Source: an uncultured Spirochaetales bacterium (GTDB lineage Bacteria; Myxococcota_A; UBA9160; UBA6930). Taken from it: 64,000 nt of DNA. Location of the stretch: NCBI GenBank assembly GCA_964615365.1, contig CAZTOU010000009.1, positions 66,309 through 130,308 on the forward strand, given 5' to 3'. Below the pieces are notes generated by a model. It saw nothing but the letters and a program-made list of their open reading frames with translations. It searched no databases and had not been told where the DNA came from. Below, in pieces: positions 1 through 8,425 of this stretch (position 1 is its first letter; each line of letters starts with the position of its first letter). Position numbers and translations under genes: made by a program.

Positions 1-2466
1 CTCGAAGCCGAGCAGGGCACCCTTCGCGGAAGCATCGAGCCCCACCCCGAGCGGGAGACCGTCGAGGTGCGCTTCGACCAGCCCATCGCCAGCGGTGCGG
101 TGACGTTGCGGCTGGGCTTCGCGGGCAAGCTGCGAAGCGACCTGCGCGGGCTCTACGCCGCCAGCGCCGGCCAGCGCCAATACGCCTTCACCCAACTCGA
201 GGCGGCGGACGCACGCCGCTTCTTCCCCTGCTTCGACGAGCCGGCGATGAAGGCCCGCTTCCAGATCTCGGTGACGACGGGTACCGGCAACACGGTCCTG
301 TCGAACAGCCCGGTGGCAAAGATCGAGCCGCTGGGCGGCGGCCGCAAACGGGTGCACTTCAAGCCCACACCCCCGCTCTCGACCTACCTGCTGGCTCTCG
401 CGGTGGGAGAACTCGAGGCTTCCCCTCCCACCCACTGCGGGGAAACGGAGATCCGGGTGTGGCACACGCCCGGAAAGGGGGCACTCACCGCCTTCGCCCT
501 GGAGACTGCACGAGAGACCCTGGCCCGCCTCGAGACCTACTTCGATCTTCCCTACCCCTACGAGAAGCTCGACCTGGTGGCGGCTCCCGATTTCGAGGCC
601 GGAGCCATGGAGAACGCGGGCGCCGTCTTCTTCCGAGAGACCCTGCTGCTGGTCGATCCGGAGACCGTCACCCTCCAGGAGATGAAGCGGGTGGCGGAGG
701 TGATCTGCCACGAGCTGGCCCACATGTGGTACGGCGACCTGGTCACCATGGCCTGGTGGGACGACCTCTGGCTGAACGAGGCCTTCGCGACCTGGATGGC
801 CTTCCACGTGGTGGACGGGTGGAAGCCGGAGTGGCGGATGTGGCAGGACTTCCAGCACCACCGCTCGGCCGCCCTCTCCATGGACGCTCTCCGGCATACC
901 CATCCCGTCTACACCGAGGTGCGGAGCCCGGACGAGGCCACCGAGAACTTCGACCTGATCACCTACGAGAAGGGAGCCTCGGTGGTCCGGATGATCGAGC
1001 GCTATCTCGGCGCGGAGACCTTTCGCGCCGGGGTGCGCACCTATCTCCGACGGCACCGGGAATCGAACACGGTGGCCGCGGACCTGTGGCGGGCCCTCTC
1101 GGAGGCTTCGGACCAGGAGGTGGAGCCCATCGTGCGCGCCTGGATCGAGCAGCCGGGCTTCCCGCTGCTGCGAATCCGCCGCGCCGAAAGAGAAGGCAGG
1201 CCCGTGCTGCGCTTCCGACAGGAGCGCTTCGAGGCGAGTCCGAGGAGCGCGAGTCAGTCGAAGCGAAGCGCGGGATCCAAGCGGAAGCCCTCGCGCTGGC
1301 CGATCCCCTGGGTCGGTCGCGTCGCCCGCGCGGGGCGCCGCCGGGCCAGCACCGAGCGCTACCTGATCGGCCGGGTGCGGGACGAGCTGATCCTCGAGGA
1401 CGCGCCGGTCCGCTTCGTCTACGGGAACGCCGACGAGGGCGGCTTCTTCCGTCCCCTCCACGATCCAGAGGAGCTGCGCGCCCTGGCGGGGGATCTCGAC
1501 ACGCTCACCGCCGTCGAGCGGATGGGCCTGCTCGGTCACCAATGGGCGATCGTGCGCGCGGGCCGGGCGAGGATCGACGCCTTCCTCGATCTCGTCATGG
1601 CCTTCGGCGAGGAGAGGGATCCCGACGTCCTCTTGACCCTGCGAACCCCGCTCGCCTTCACCCGCCGGCAGCTCGCCGCACCGCTGGGGGAAGAGATGGA
1701 GGCGGCGCTGATGCGACGCATCGACGGGGAATTCGGTCCCGCCTTCGCCGCCCTCGGCTGGGATGCCGCCCGCGACGAAGCCGATCTGGTGCGACTCCGG
1801 CGCGCCGCGCTGCTGGCGCTGGTGGGGGAGGTGGCGGAGTCCGAGCCGGTCCTGCAGGCGGCGACGGAGCGCTGCGGTGCCTACCTGGACGACCGGCGTT
1901 CCCTCGATCCGAACCTCGCCGACTCGGTGGTGAACCTCGCGGCGCAGCAGGGAGATGCGTCCCTGTTCGAGAGGTTTCTCGGAGCTTCGACGAGGGCCGG
2001 GACACCCCAGGAACGCCGCCGCTTCCTGATGTGCCTGGGCGAGTTCCGGGATCCGGACCTGGTCGAGCGAGCCCTCGCCCTCTCACTCACGGATGCCGTC
2101 GGCACGCAGGACGTCGCGATCCTCCTGGCCCGGATGCTCGGCAACCGGGCGGCGGGTGAGCAGACCTGGGAGTTCATGAAGAGGCGCTGGACGGCCCTTC
2201 GCCGCCGGATGCCGCCGATGCTGATCACCCGTCCCGTCGAGGCGACCCCTCACCTCGGAACCCGCGCGGCCCGAAGGGACGTGGCCTCCTTCTTTCGCGC
2301 CCACCCGATACCCACCGGAGCCCGCGCCGTTCGCCTCGCCCTCGAGAGGTTCGACCTGAACCTGGAGCTTCAGGCCCGTGCCGCGCCGGCCCTGCGGCGC
2401 TGGCTGGCGGCGAGCGCCGCCGAGCAGCGCCGGGCGATCGGCTCCCGCAGCAGCGACCTGGCCTGA
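1..2466 (+). CDS. pepN: Aminopeptidase N (M1 zinc metallopeptidase), 5' end cut by the window edge
   Basis: Frame 1 is open from base 1 into the track ORF 67..2466. It has the GAMEN exopeptidase motif (FEAGAMENAG) and the HELAHMWYGD...WLNEAF zinc site (HExxH-x18-E). Confidence 0.9.
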   Translation, partial: LEAEQGTLRGSIEPHPERETVEVRFDQPIASGAVTLRLGFAGKLRSDLRGLYAASAGQRQYAFTQLEAADARRFFPCFDEPAMKARFQISVTTGTGNTVLSNSPVAKIEPLGGGRKRVHFKPTPPLSTYLLALAVGELEASPPTHCGETEIRVWHTPGKGALTAFALETARETLARLETYFDLPYPYEKLDLVAAPDFEAGAMENAGAVFFRETLLLVDPETVTLQEMKRVAEVICHELAHMWYGDLVTMAWWDDLWLNEAFATWMAFHVVDGWKPEWRMWQDFQHHRSAALSMDALRHTHPVYTEVRSPDEATENFDLITYEKGASVVRMIERYLGAETFRAGVRTYLRRHRESNTVAADLWRALSEASDQEVEPIVRAWIEQPGFPLLRIRRAEREGRPVLRFRQERFEASPRSASQSKRSAGSKRKPSRWPIPWVGRVARAGRRRASTERYLIGRVRDELILEDAPVRFVYGNADEGGFFRPLHDPEELRALAGDLDTLTAVERMGLLGHQWAIVRAGRARIDAFLDLVMAFGEERDPDVLLTLRTPLAFTRRQLAAPLGEEMEAALMRRIDGEFGPAFAALGWDAARDEADLVRLRRAALLALVGEVAESEPVLQAATERCGAYLDDRRSLDPNLADSVVNLAAQQGDASLFERFLGASTRAGTPQERRRFLMCLGEFRDPDLVERALALSLTDAVGTQDVAILLARMLGNRAAGEQTWEFMKRRWTALRRRMPPMLITRPVEATPHLGTRAARRDVASFFRAHPIPTGARAVRLALERFDLNLELQARAAPALRRWLAASAAEQRRAIGSRSSDLA

Positions 2467-2467
2467 G

Positions 2468-4228
2468 ATGCGGGCGGGTGAAGAAGAGCTTCGCCGCAGG
2501 CTGCGCCGCATCGACGGGCGGGGCTACGGAGCCTACAAGGAGATCCGCGGCACCTACCGGCTCGGCGACCTCGAGCTTCATGTGGACCACGTGCAGGGCG
2601 ATCCCTTCGCCGCGCCGTCCCGGGTTCGAGCGCGCTTCTCCCAGGAGTGGGCGGCGATTCCCGAAGCGCTCTTCGAGGGACCGGTCCGCCGGACCGCGCT
2701 CGCGGACTTCCTGGCGCGACGGATCGCGGCCAGCATCGGCGAGAGAGCGCGAGGTCGGCGCGGCTCCGGGAAGAGCGGTCTGATCTCCGTCGACGCGGGT
2801 GGTCAGGAGGTACTGGAGCGAACCGCGGTGGCGATCGACGCGCAGCGGGTCGAGGCGCGGCTGCAGGTCGGACTCCCCGCGGCGGGGCGCCGGGTGTTGG
2901 GATGTGAGGCGGAGGCGCTCCTGGTCGACGAGCTGCCGCGGATCGCCGAGGAGGGGCTCCTCTGGGAGCGGCTTCCGCGCGAGCAGGCAACTCGCTTCGT
3001 GCACGTCGTGGAGAACCAGGAGACGATTCGGGAGCAGCTCCGGGGCCGCGGGCTGGTGGCCTTCGTCGCCGATGGCTCGCTCCTGCCGCGGGAGAGCGGC
3101 GCCAGCGACCGACCCATGCGCGAGGGGGCGGTGCGATTCCGCGCCCCGGAACCCCTGCGCGTGAGCTTCGAGCTCCCCCACCCGACCGATCCGCAGGACC
3201 CGGACTCCCACCAGGTCTCGGGACTCGGCATTTCCCTCGGAGTGACGCTGATCGTCGGCGGGGGATATCACGGAAAGTCGACACTGTTGCGCGCGCTGGA
3301 GCGAGGCATCCATCCCCACGTCCCCGGCGACGGCCGGGAGCTGGTCGTCACCAGCCGAGACGCGGTGAAGATCCGGGCCGAGGATGGCCGCCGCGTCGAG
3401 GCCTGCGACATCAGCAGCTTCATCGACGACCTGCCGCAGGGACGCAGCACGCGGCGCTTCGCCAGCGACGACGCCAGCGGCAGCACCAGCCAGGCGGCCA
3501 ACATCGTCGAGGCCCTGGAGCTCGGCGCGACCACGCTGCTGCTGGACGAGGACACCTCGGCCACCAACTTCATGGTCCGGGACGCGCGCATGCAGGCCCT
3601 GGTGCACGAGGACCACGAGCCGATCACCCCCTTCGTGGACCGGGTACGCGAGCTCCACCAGCGCCTGGGCGTCTCCACGGTGCTGGTGATGGGCGGCTGC
3701 GGCGATTACTTCGACGTGGCCGATACCGTGATCGAGATGCGCGAGTACCTGCCCGCCGACGTGACCAGCGAGGCGAAGGCGATCGCCGCCTCCCAACAGA
3801 CGCGGCGTCGGGTGGAGACGCGGCGTCCCCTCGCAGCGGCAGCCGGTCGCGTCCCCGTGGCGGCGAGCCTCGACCCCTCCCGGGGCCGACGCGAGGTGAA
3901 GATCGACGCCAAGGAGATCGACCTGCTCGGCTTCGGAACCGAGCGCGTCGACCTGCGGGGCCTCCCGCAGCTCGTCGACCTCAGTCAGACCCGCGCGGTG
4001 GGCTACGCGATCGAGCTGGCGCGGAAGCGCTCGATGGGAGCGGGTGCGACGCTCGCCCAGGTCATGGACGGCGTGGAGAGGATCCTGGACGAAGAGGGCC
4101 TCGACGTCCTCGATCCCTTCCGGCGCGGCGAGCGCCACCCCGGCAACTTCGCCCGCCCGCGGCGCTTCGAGATCGGCGCCGCACTCAACCGGCTGCGCTC
4201 ACTGCGCATCGAGAGCGGGGACGGCTAG
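2468..4228 (+). CDS. Predicted ABC-class ATPase of unknown function (ABC_ATPase / MRB1590-like family)
   Basis: ATG at 2468 lies 1 nt after the pepN stop, inside track ORF 2378..4228. The N-terminus (RIDGRGYGAYKEIRG...HVDHVQGDPFA) is typical of the family. Walker A-like GGGYHGKSTLLRAL and Walker B-like TLLLDEDTSATNF are present. Confidence 0.75.
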   Translation: MRAGEEELRRRLRRIDGRGYGAYKEIRGTYRLGDLELHVDHVQGDPFAAPSRVRARFSQEWAAIPEALFEGPVRRTALADFLARRIAASIGERARGRRGSGKSGLISVDAGGQEVLERTAVAIDAQRVEARLQVGLPAAGRRVLGCEAEALLVDELPRIAEEGLLWERLPREQATRFVHVVENQETIREQLRGRGLVAFVADGSLLPRESGASDRPMREGAVRFRAPEPLRVSFELPHPTDPQDPDSHQVSGLGISLGVTLIVGGGYHGKSTLLRALERGIHPHVPGDGRELVVTSRDAVKIRAEDGRRVEACDISSFIDDLPQGRSTRRFASDDASGSTSQAANIVEALELGATTLLLDEDTSATNFMVRDARMQALVHEDHEPITPFVDRVRELHQRLGVSTVLVMGGCGDYFDVADTVIEMREYLPADVTSEAKAIAASQQTRRRVETRRPLAAAAGRVPVAASLDPSRGRREVKIDAKEIDLLGFGTERVDLRGLPQLVDLSQTRAVGYAIELARKRSMGAGATLAQVMDGVERILDEEGLDVLDPFRRGERHPGNFARPRRFEIGAALNRLRSLRIESGDG

Positions 4229-4291
4229 CGAGAGGAGCTGCGCTACGAATTCGCATCGGGCTCGCCCGTTCACCGAAGCAAGGAGAGGCCA

Positions 4292-5809
4292 ATGGACGCG
4301 ATCGCCAGGACCCAGAAGGGCCGAGTGGAAGGCCGGAAGAAGGGGGGCGTCCTCCTCTTCGCGGGGATTCCCTACGCGTCTCCGCCCACGGGGGACGCCC
4401 GATTTCGGCCCCCCCGCCCGCATCCGCCGTGGGAGGGAGTGCGCCCGGCGCGGAGATTCGGGAAGGTGGCGCCCCAGCTGCCCTCGCCTCTCGGGCAGCT
4501 CCTGGGCGCGCCGGCCCCCGACTGGGACGAGGACTGCCTGACGCTGAACGTCACCACCCCGGCTCTCGACGATGCCGCCCGCCCGGTGATGGTCTGGATC
4601 CACGGAGGAGCGTTCCTGAGCGGCACTGCCGCGATCCCCTGGTACGACGGCGCTCCCTTCGCTCGGAGAGGCGACGTGGTGGTGGTGAGCATCAACTACC
4701 GGCTCGGGGCGCTGGGCTTCCTGCACCTCGGGGAGCGATCCGACGAGCTCACCAGCTCCGGAAACAACGGCATCCTCGACCAGATCGCCGCGCTCGAGTG
4801 GGTCCGCGACAACGTCCACGAATTCGGCGGAGACCCGGACCAGGTGACGATCTTCGGCGAGTCCGCCGGGGGAATGAGCGTGGGAACGCTGCTCGGGGTC
4901 CCCGCGGCGAAGGGGCTGTTTCGCCGGGCCATCTCGCAGAGCGGGGCCTGCCACAACTCCGTGTCGCGCGAGTCCGCGGCCCGGGTCGCGGAGATCTTCT
5001 CGGAGAAGGCCGGCACCTCGGACGTCGAGGCGCTCCGGGGGCTCCCGGTGGAGAAGATCCTCGAAGCGCAGGCAGCGACGGTCCTGCTTCTCGCGAACGA
5101 CCGACGCGCCATCGGCGAGGGGCGAAGTCTGCCGCTGGGGATGGCCTTTCAGCCCGTCGTCGACGGAGCGGTGCTACCGAAGCCACCGATCGAGGCGGTG
5201 AGAGAGGGCGCCGCGGCCGACGTCGACCTCCTCACCGGGACCAACCTCGACGAGCAGCACCTCTTCCTCCTCGCCAATCCGCCCCGGTTCGACCGCGCGC
5301 GCCTGGTCCGGTGGATGGACCGCACCTTCGGAGAGGGCGCCGCGGCGCTCGAGACCTACGAGCGCAAGCGACCCGAAGCCAGCGAGGACGACCTGCTCGC
5401 CGCGGCGCTCACCGACCAGGCCTTCCGGATCCCCGCCATCCGGCTCGCGGAGGCCCAGTGCGGCCATCGGAAGAACACCTTCCTCTACCTGTTCACCTGG
5501 GCGTCGCGGGCTCTCGGCGGCCGGCTGGGATCGTGCCACGCGCTCGAGATCCCCTTCGTCTTCGACAACCTCGGGCGGGCGGGGGTGGAGGCCCTCCTCG
5601 GCAAGGACAGCTCGCCCACCGCGCTCGCGGAGGCGATGCACCTCGCCTGGATCTCCTTCGCACGCAGTGGGGATCCGGGCCACGCCGGGATCGAGCGCTG
5701 GCCCGCCTTCGAGACCTCCCGCCGCGCCACCATGGAGTTCGGGGAGCGAATCGGGATCCTCGAAGATCCGGGCGCCTCGGAGCGCAAGCTCTGGGATGGA
5801 CTCCTCTGA
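4292..5809 (+). CDS. Carboxylesterase/lipase, type B (para-nitrobenzyl esterase-like)
   Basis: RBS AAGGAGAGG precedes the ATG. It has the oxyanion-hole motif WIHGGAF, the nucleophile elbow GESAGG, and the N-terminal G(I/V)PYA motif (FAGIPYASPP). Confidence 0.9.
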   Translation: MDAIARTQKGRVEGRKKGGVLLFAGIPYASPPTGDARFRPPRPHPPWEGVRPARRFGKVAPQLPSPLGQLLGAPAPDWDEDCLTLNVTTPALDDAARPVMVWIHGGAFLSGTAAIPWYDGAPFARRGDVVVVSINYRLGALGFLHLGERSDELTSSGNNGILDQIAALEWVRDNVHEFGGDPDQVTIFGESAGGMSVGTLLGVPAAKGLFRRAISQSGACHNSVSRESAARVAEIFSEKAGTSDVEALRGLPVEKILEAQAATVLLLANDRRAIGEGRSLPLGMAFQPVVDGAVLPKPPIEAVREGAAADVDLLTGTNLDEQHLFLLANPPRFDRARLVRWMDRTFGEGAAALETYERKRPEASEDDLLAAALTDQAFRIPAIRLAEAQCGHRKNTFLYLFTWASRALGGRLGSCHALEIPFVFDNLGRAGVEALLGKDSSPTALAEAMHLAWISFARSGDPGHAGIERWPAFETSRRATMEFGERIGILEDPGASERKLWDGLL

Positions 5810-5824
5810 CCTGGGAGTCTGCAC

Positions 5825-6568
5825 TCAGCGTTCCGGATCATCCTCCGGCCGAACCAGCGGGACGAAGCGGACCGGGAAGAGCGTGGTGGTCCGGACTCCC
5901 TCCTCGGTGCGCTCGAGGACGCGGAGATCCTGACTCCATCCCCCCACCGGAATCACCAGACGTCCTCCCACGGCGAGCTGCTCGACGAGCGGCTCGGGCA
6001 CCTTCTCGGGCGCGGCGGTGACGATGATCCCGTCGAAGGGCGCGTGCTCGGGGAGGCCCTTGTAGCCGTCGCCGGTGATCACCTCGACGTTCCGATAGCC
6101 GCCGGCGGCGAGCGCGGTTCGCGCTGTCTCCGCGAGCTCGGGGATGATCTCGATGCTGTAGATCTTCTCCACCAGGCCCGAGAGGACGGCAGCCTGATAG
6201 CCCGAGCCGGTCCCGATCTCCAGCACCCGGTCTCCGGGCTGCGGCTGGAGGAGCTCGGTCATCACCGCGACGATGTAGGGCTGGGAGATGGTCTGACCGT
6301 GACCGATCGGGAGGGGGCGATCCTGGTAGGCCCTCCCGCGATTCGACTCCGGGACGAATCGATGTCGCGGAACGCTCCGCATCGCCCTCCGGACGCGCGG
6401 ATTCACCACTCCGCGGGCCTCGATCTGCTGGGTCACCATCTGCTCGCGCAGAGCCTTCCAGTCCGGCGGCGAGGAGTGACAGGCCCGCGCACCGCCGAAG
6501 ACCAGCAGCGCCGCACCCGCCAGGGCGAGCACGAGGACGAGGCCGATCTCGGTCCTGGATGAGATCAT
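5825..6568 (-). CDS. pcm: Protein-L-isoaspartate O-methyltransferase with an N-terminal membrane anchor or signal
   Basis: Internal ATG at 6568 follows a GGAG RBS; the track ORF extension to 6868 is Arg/Ala junk. Motifs include RHRFVPE, TISQPYIVA and the SAM-binding VLEIGTGSGYQAAVL. Confidence 0.85.
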   Translation of the reverse strand: MISSRTEIGLVLVLALAGAALLVFGGARACHSSPPDWKALREQMVTQQIEARGVVNPRVRRAMRSVPRHRFVPESNRGRAYQDRPLPIGHGQTISQPYIVAVMTELLQPQPGDRVLEIGTGSGYQAAVLSGLVEKIYSIEIIPELAETARTALAAGGYRNVEVITGDGYKGLPEHAPFDGIIVTAAPEKVPEPLVEQLAVGGRLVIPVGGWSQDLRVLERTEEGVRTTTLFPVRFVPLVRPEDDPER

Positions 6569-6682
6569 GGTGGCTCCACCGCTTGCGGGGGGCTCGACCG
6601 GAGAATCTCCGGCCGCGGAGCCTCCCGCGCAAGGGCCCCGAGATCTCCGCGCCCCTCGGGGCCGGGCGGCTGGCGAAGGTTG

Positions 6683-6696
6683 ATTAGGTACCTTAT
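6683..6696. promoter_or_regulatory. Candidate MarR operator (near-palindrome ATTAGGTACCTTAT, 12 of 14 positions symmetric, core AGGTACCT)
   Basis: It lies in the only AT-rich patch of the pcm/MarR divergent intergenic region, about 30 bp upstream of the MarR GTG at 6726. Confidence 0.3.
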
Positions 6697-6725
6697 TATA
6701 TGCTTCCGCACTAGAGGAGACCCCG

Positions 6726-7259
6726 GTGTTCTGCCCCCGCGATCTGCCCAGCTTCAGCGAGATCCGCGAGCTGACCCAGCACCTCCTCGGCGTGGACGCG
6801 ACCGCGATCTTCACTGCGATGCGCACCCTGGAGGTCGCCGACGCCCTCGCCGGGGCCGTCGAATCCAATCTCCGCCATCAATTCGGCCTCTCCGTTGGCC
6901 GATTCTCCCTGTTGATGATCCTGCACCGATACGCGGAATCCGAGCTCACCCCCTCCGATCTGGCGGAGCGGGCGGCGGTGACCCGCGCCACCGTCACCGG
7001 GCTCCTCGACGGGCTCGAGCAGGACGGACTGGTCATGCGGCAGGCCCACTCGACCGACCGGCGGCGCATCGCCCTCAGGCTGACGGCGGCCGGCAAGGCC
7101 TTCATCGCCAAGCTGATTCCGGACTACGCCCCGCGCCTCTCCGCGGTGGCGAGCGCTCTCTCGGAGCGGGAACGAAGGCAGTTCCTGCGCCTACTGGACA
7201 AGATCCAGCTAGGCCTCGAAACTCTCCGCGCGCCCGGAAAGGACCCGGTGCCCACGTGA
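6726..7259 (+). CDS. MarR-family transcriptional regulator
   Basis: Winged-helix core LTPSDLAERAAVTRATVTGLLDGLEQDGLVMR...DRRRIALRLT is typical of MarR. Its stop overlaps the next gene start (GTGA). Confidence 0.85.
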   Translation: MFCPRDLPSFSEIRELTQHLLGVDATAIFTAMRTLEVADALAGAVESNLRHQFGLSVGRFSLLMILHRYAESELTPSDLAERAAVTRATVTGLLDGLEQDGLVMRQAHSTDRRRIALRLTAAGKAFIAKLIPDYAPRLSAVASALSERERRQFLRLLDKIQLGLETLRAPGKDPVPT

Positions 7260-8422
7260 AGCCCCGACCTCCGAGTTGGATCCCGGTCTTCGCCGCGGTG
7301 GGGGTCACAGCACTCCTCGCGTGGGCGACCGGATGCGACCAGTCACAAGCCCGCGCCGACGGCGTGGAGCCGCCGCCGGCCAAGGTCTCCCCGCTCCGCA
7401 CTGCGGTGCGCGTGCGGGTCGCCCCCGTGGTCGAGGAGAGCATCGAGCGCTCCGGCACCGTCTCCGGCGTGGTGAGCGCCTTCCACCGGGCCACCATCGC
7501 CGCAGAGACCACCGGACGCGTGGTGACGAGGCGGGTGGACCCGGGGGCGGTGGTCGATGCCGAGCAGGCCCTGATCGAGCTCGACGCCACCCGCCTGCGC
7601 CTCGCCGTGGAGCAGGCCGAGGCGACGCTCCGCACCCGGGAGATCGATCTCGCCGAGGCTCGCCGGGCGCTCGAGCGCGGCGACCGGTTGCTGGGTGACG
7701 ACGCCATCAGCGAGAGCCATCACGACGCCCAGCGCTTCGCCGTGGATCGGGCCAAGAGCGCCGAGAGCCTGGCCCGTGTCGCTCTGCGCACCGCCCAGCG
7801 GAACCTGGCGGACGCCACGGTGCGGGCTCCCTTCGCGGGAAGCGTGGAAGAGGTACGGGTGGACGTGGGGGACCTGGTGAGCCCCGGGAGGCCGCTGGCC
7901 ACGCTCGTGGATCTCTCCCGAGCGCGGATCCACGCGGGTGTCACCAGCACCGAGGCCGCCGGCCTGGAGCCGGGAACGCGCGCGCCGGTGATCCTGGCCG
8001 AGCTGGGGGGGACCGCCGTCGAGGCGGAAATCCACAGCGTCGGCCGCATCGCCGACCCGGCCAGTGGCACCTACACCATCGAGCTCTGGCTCGACAGCCC
8101 CGACGGACTGCTGCGCGAGGGCATGGTGGCCCAGGTGCGGCTTCCCGCGGAGGCGGGGCGGCGCAACCCCGTCGTACCGCGAGCCGCGCTGATCCGCAGC
8201 GAGGCCGGCACGACCGTCTTCGTGGTCGATCAGAACGGCGGCGCGCCCCGCGCCGTGGCTCGGCCCGTGCGGATGGGTCGCAGCAACGCGGAGAAGGTCG
8301 AGGTGCTGGAGGGGGTGTCGGTCGGCGAAGAGGTGGTGATCGACGGGCTCTTCGCCCTGCGCGACGGCGCCCCGGTGCTGGTCGAGAGGACTGCGTACTT
8401 CGGCGCGCCCCCGGAAAGCTAG
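7256..8422 (+). CDS. RND efflux periplasmic adaptor (membrane fusion protein), lipoprotein
   Basis: GTG at 7256 overlaps the MarR stop. It has the lipobox LLAWATGC, a coiled-coil hairpin region, then beta-barrel/MP domains (VRAPFAGSV, VVPRAAL). Confidence 0.85.
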   Translation: MKPRPPSWIPVFAAVGVTALLAWATGCDQSQARADGVEPPPAKVSPLRTAVRVRVAPVVEESIERSGTVSGVVSAFHRATIAAETTGRVVTRRVDPGAVVDAEQALIELDATRLRLAVEQAEATLRTREIDLAEARRALERGDRLLGDDAISESHHDAQRFAVDRAKSAESLARVALRTAQRNLADATVRAPFAGSVEEVRVDVGDLVSPGRPLATLVDLSRARIHAGVTSTEAAGLEPGTRAPVILAELGGTAVEAEIHSVGRIADPASGTYTIELWLDSPDGLLREGMVAQVRLPAEAGRRNPVVPRAALIRSEAGTTVFVVDQNGGAPRAVARPVRMGRSNAEKVEVLEGVSVGEEVVIDGLFALRDGAPVLVERTAYFGAPPES

Positions 8423-8425
8423 AGC

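Noticed and set aside
2225-4138. A 637-aa ORF antisense to the ABC-class ATPase gene. Similar very long ORFs occur at 7343..9973(-), 13243..15102(+), 15211..16812(-), 25856..27712(-), 31240..33249(+), 34256..36301(+), 47843..49471(-), 49926..51401(-), 50993..52621(-), 56074..57447(+) and 58675..61035(+).
   Set aside because: All are Arg/Gly/Pro/Ala/His/Asp-rich low-complexity translations lying opposite or out of frame to genes with unmistakable catalytic motifs. Stop-codon depletion in high-GC DNA is the expected cause.
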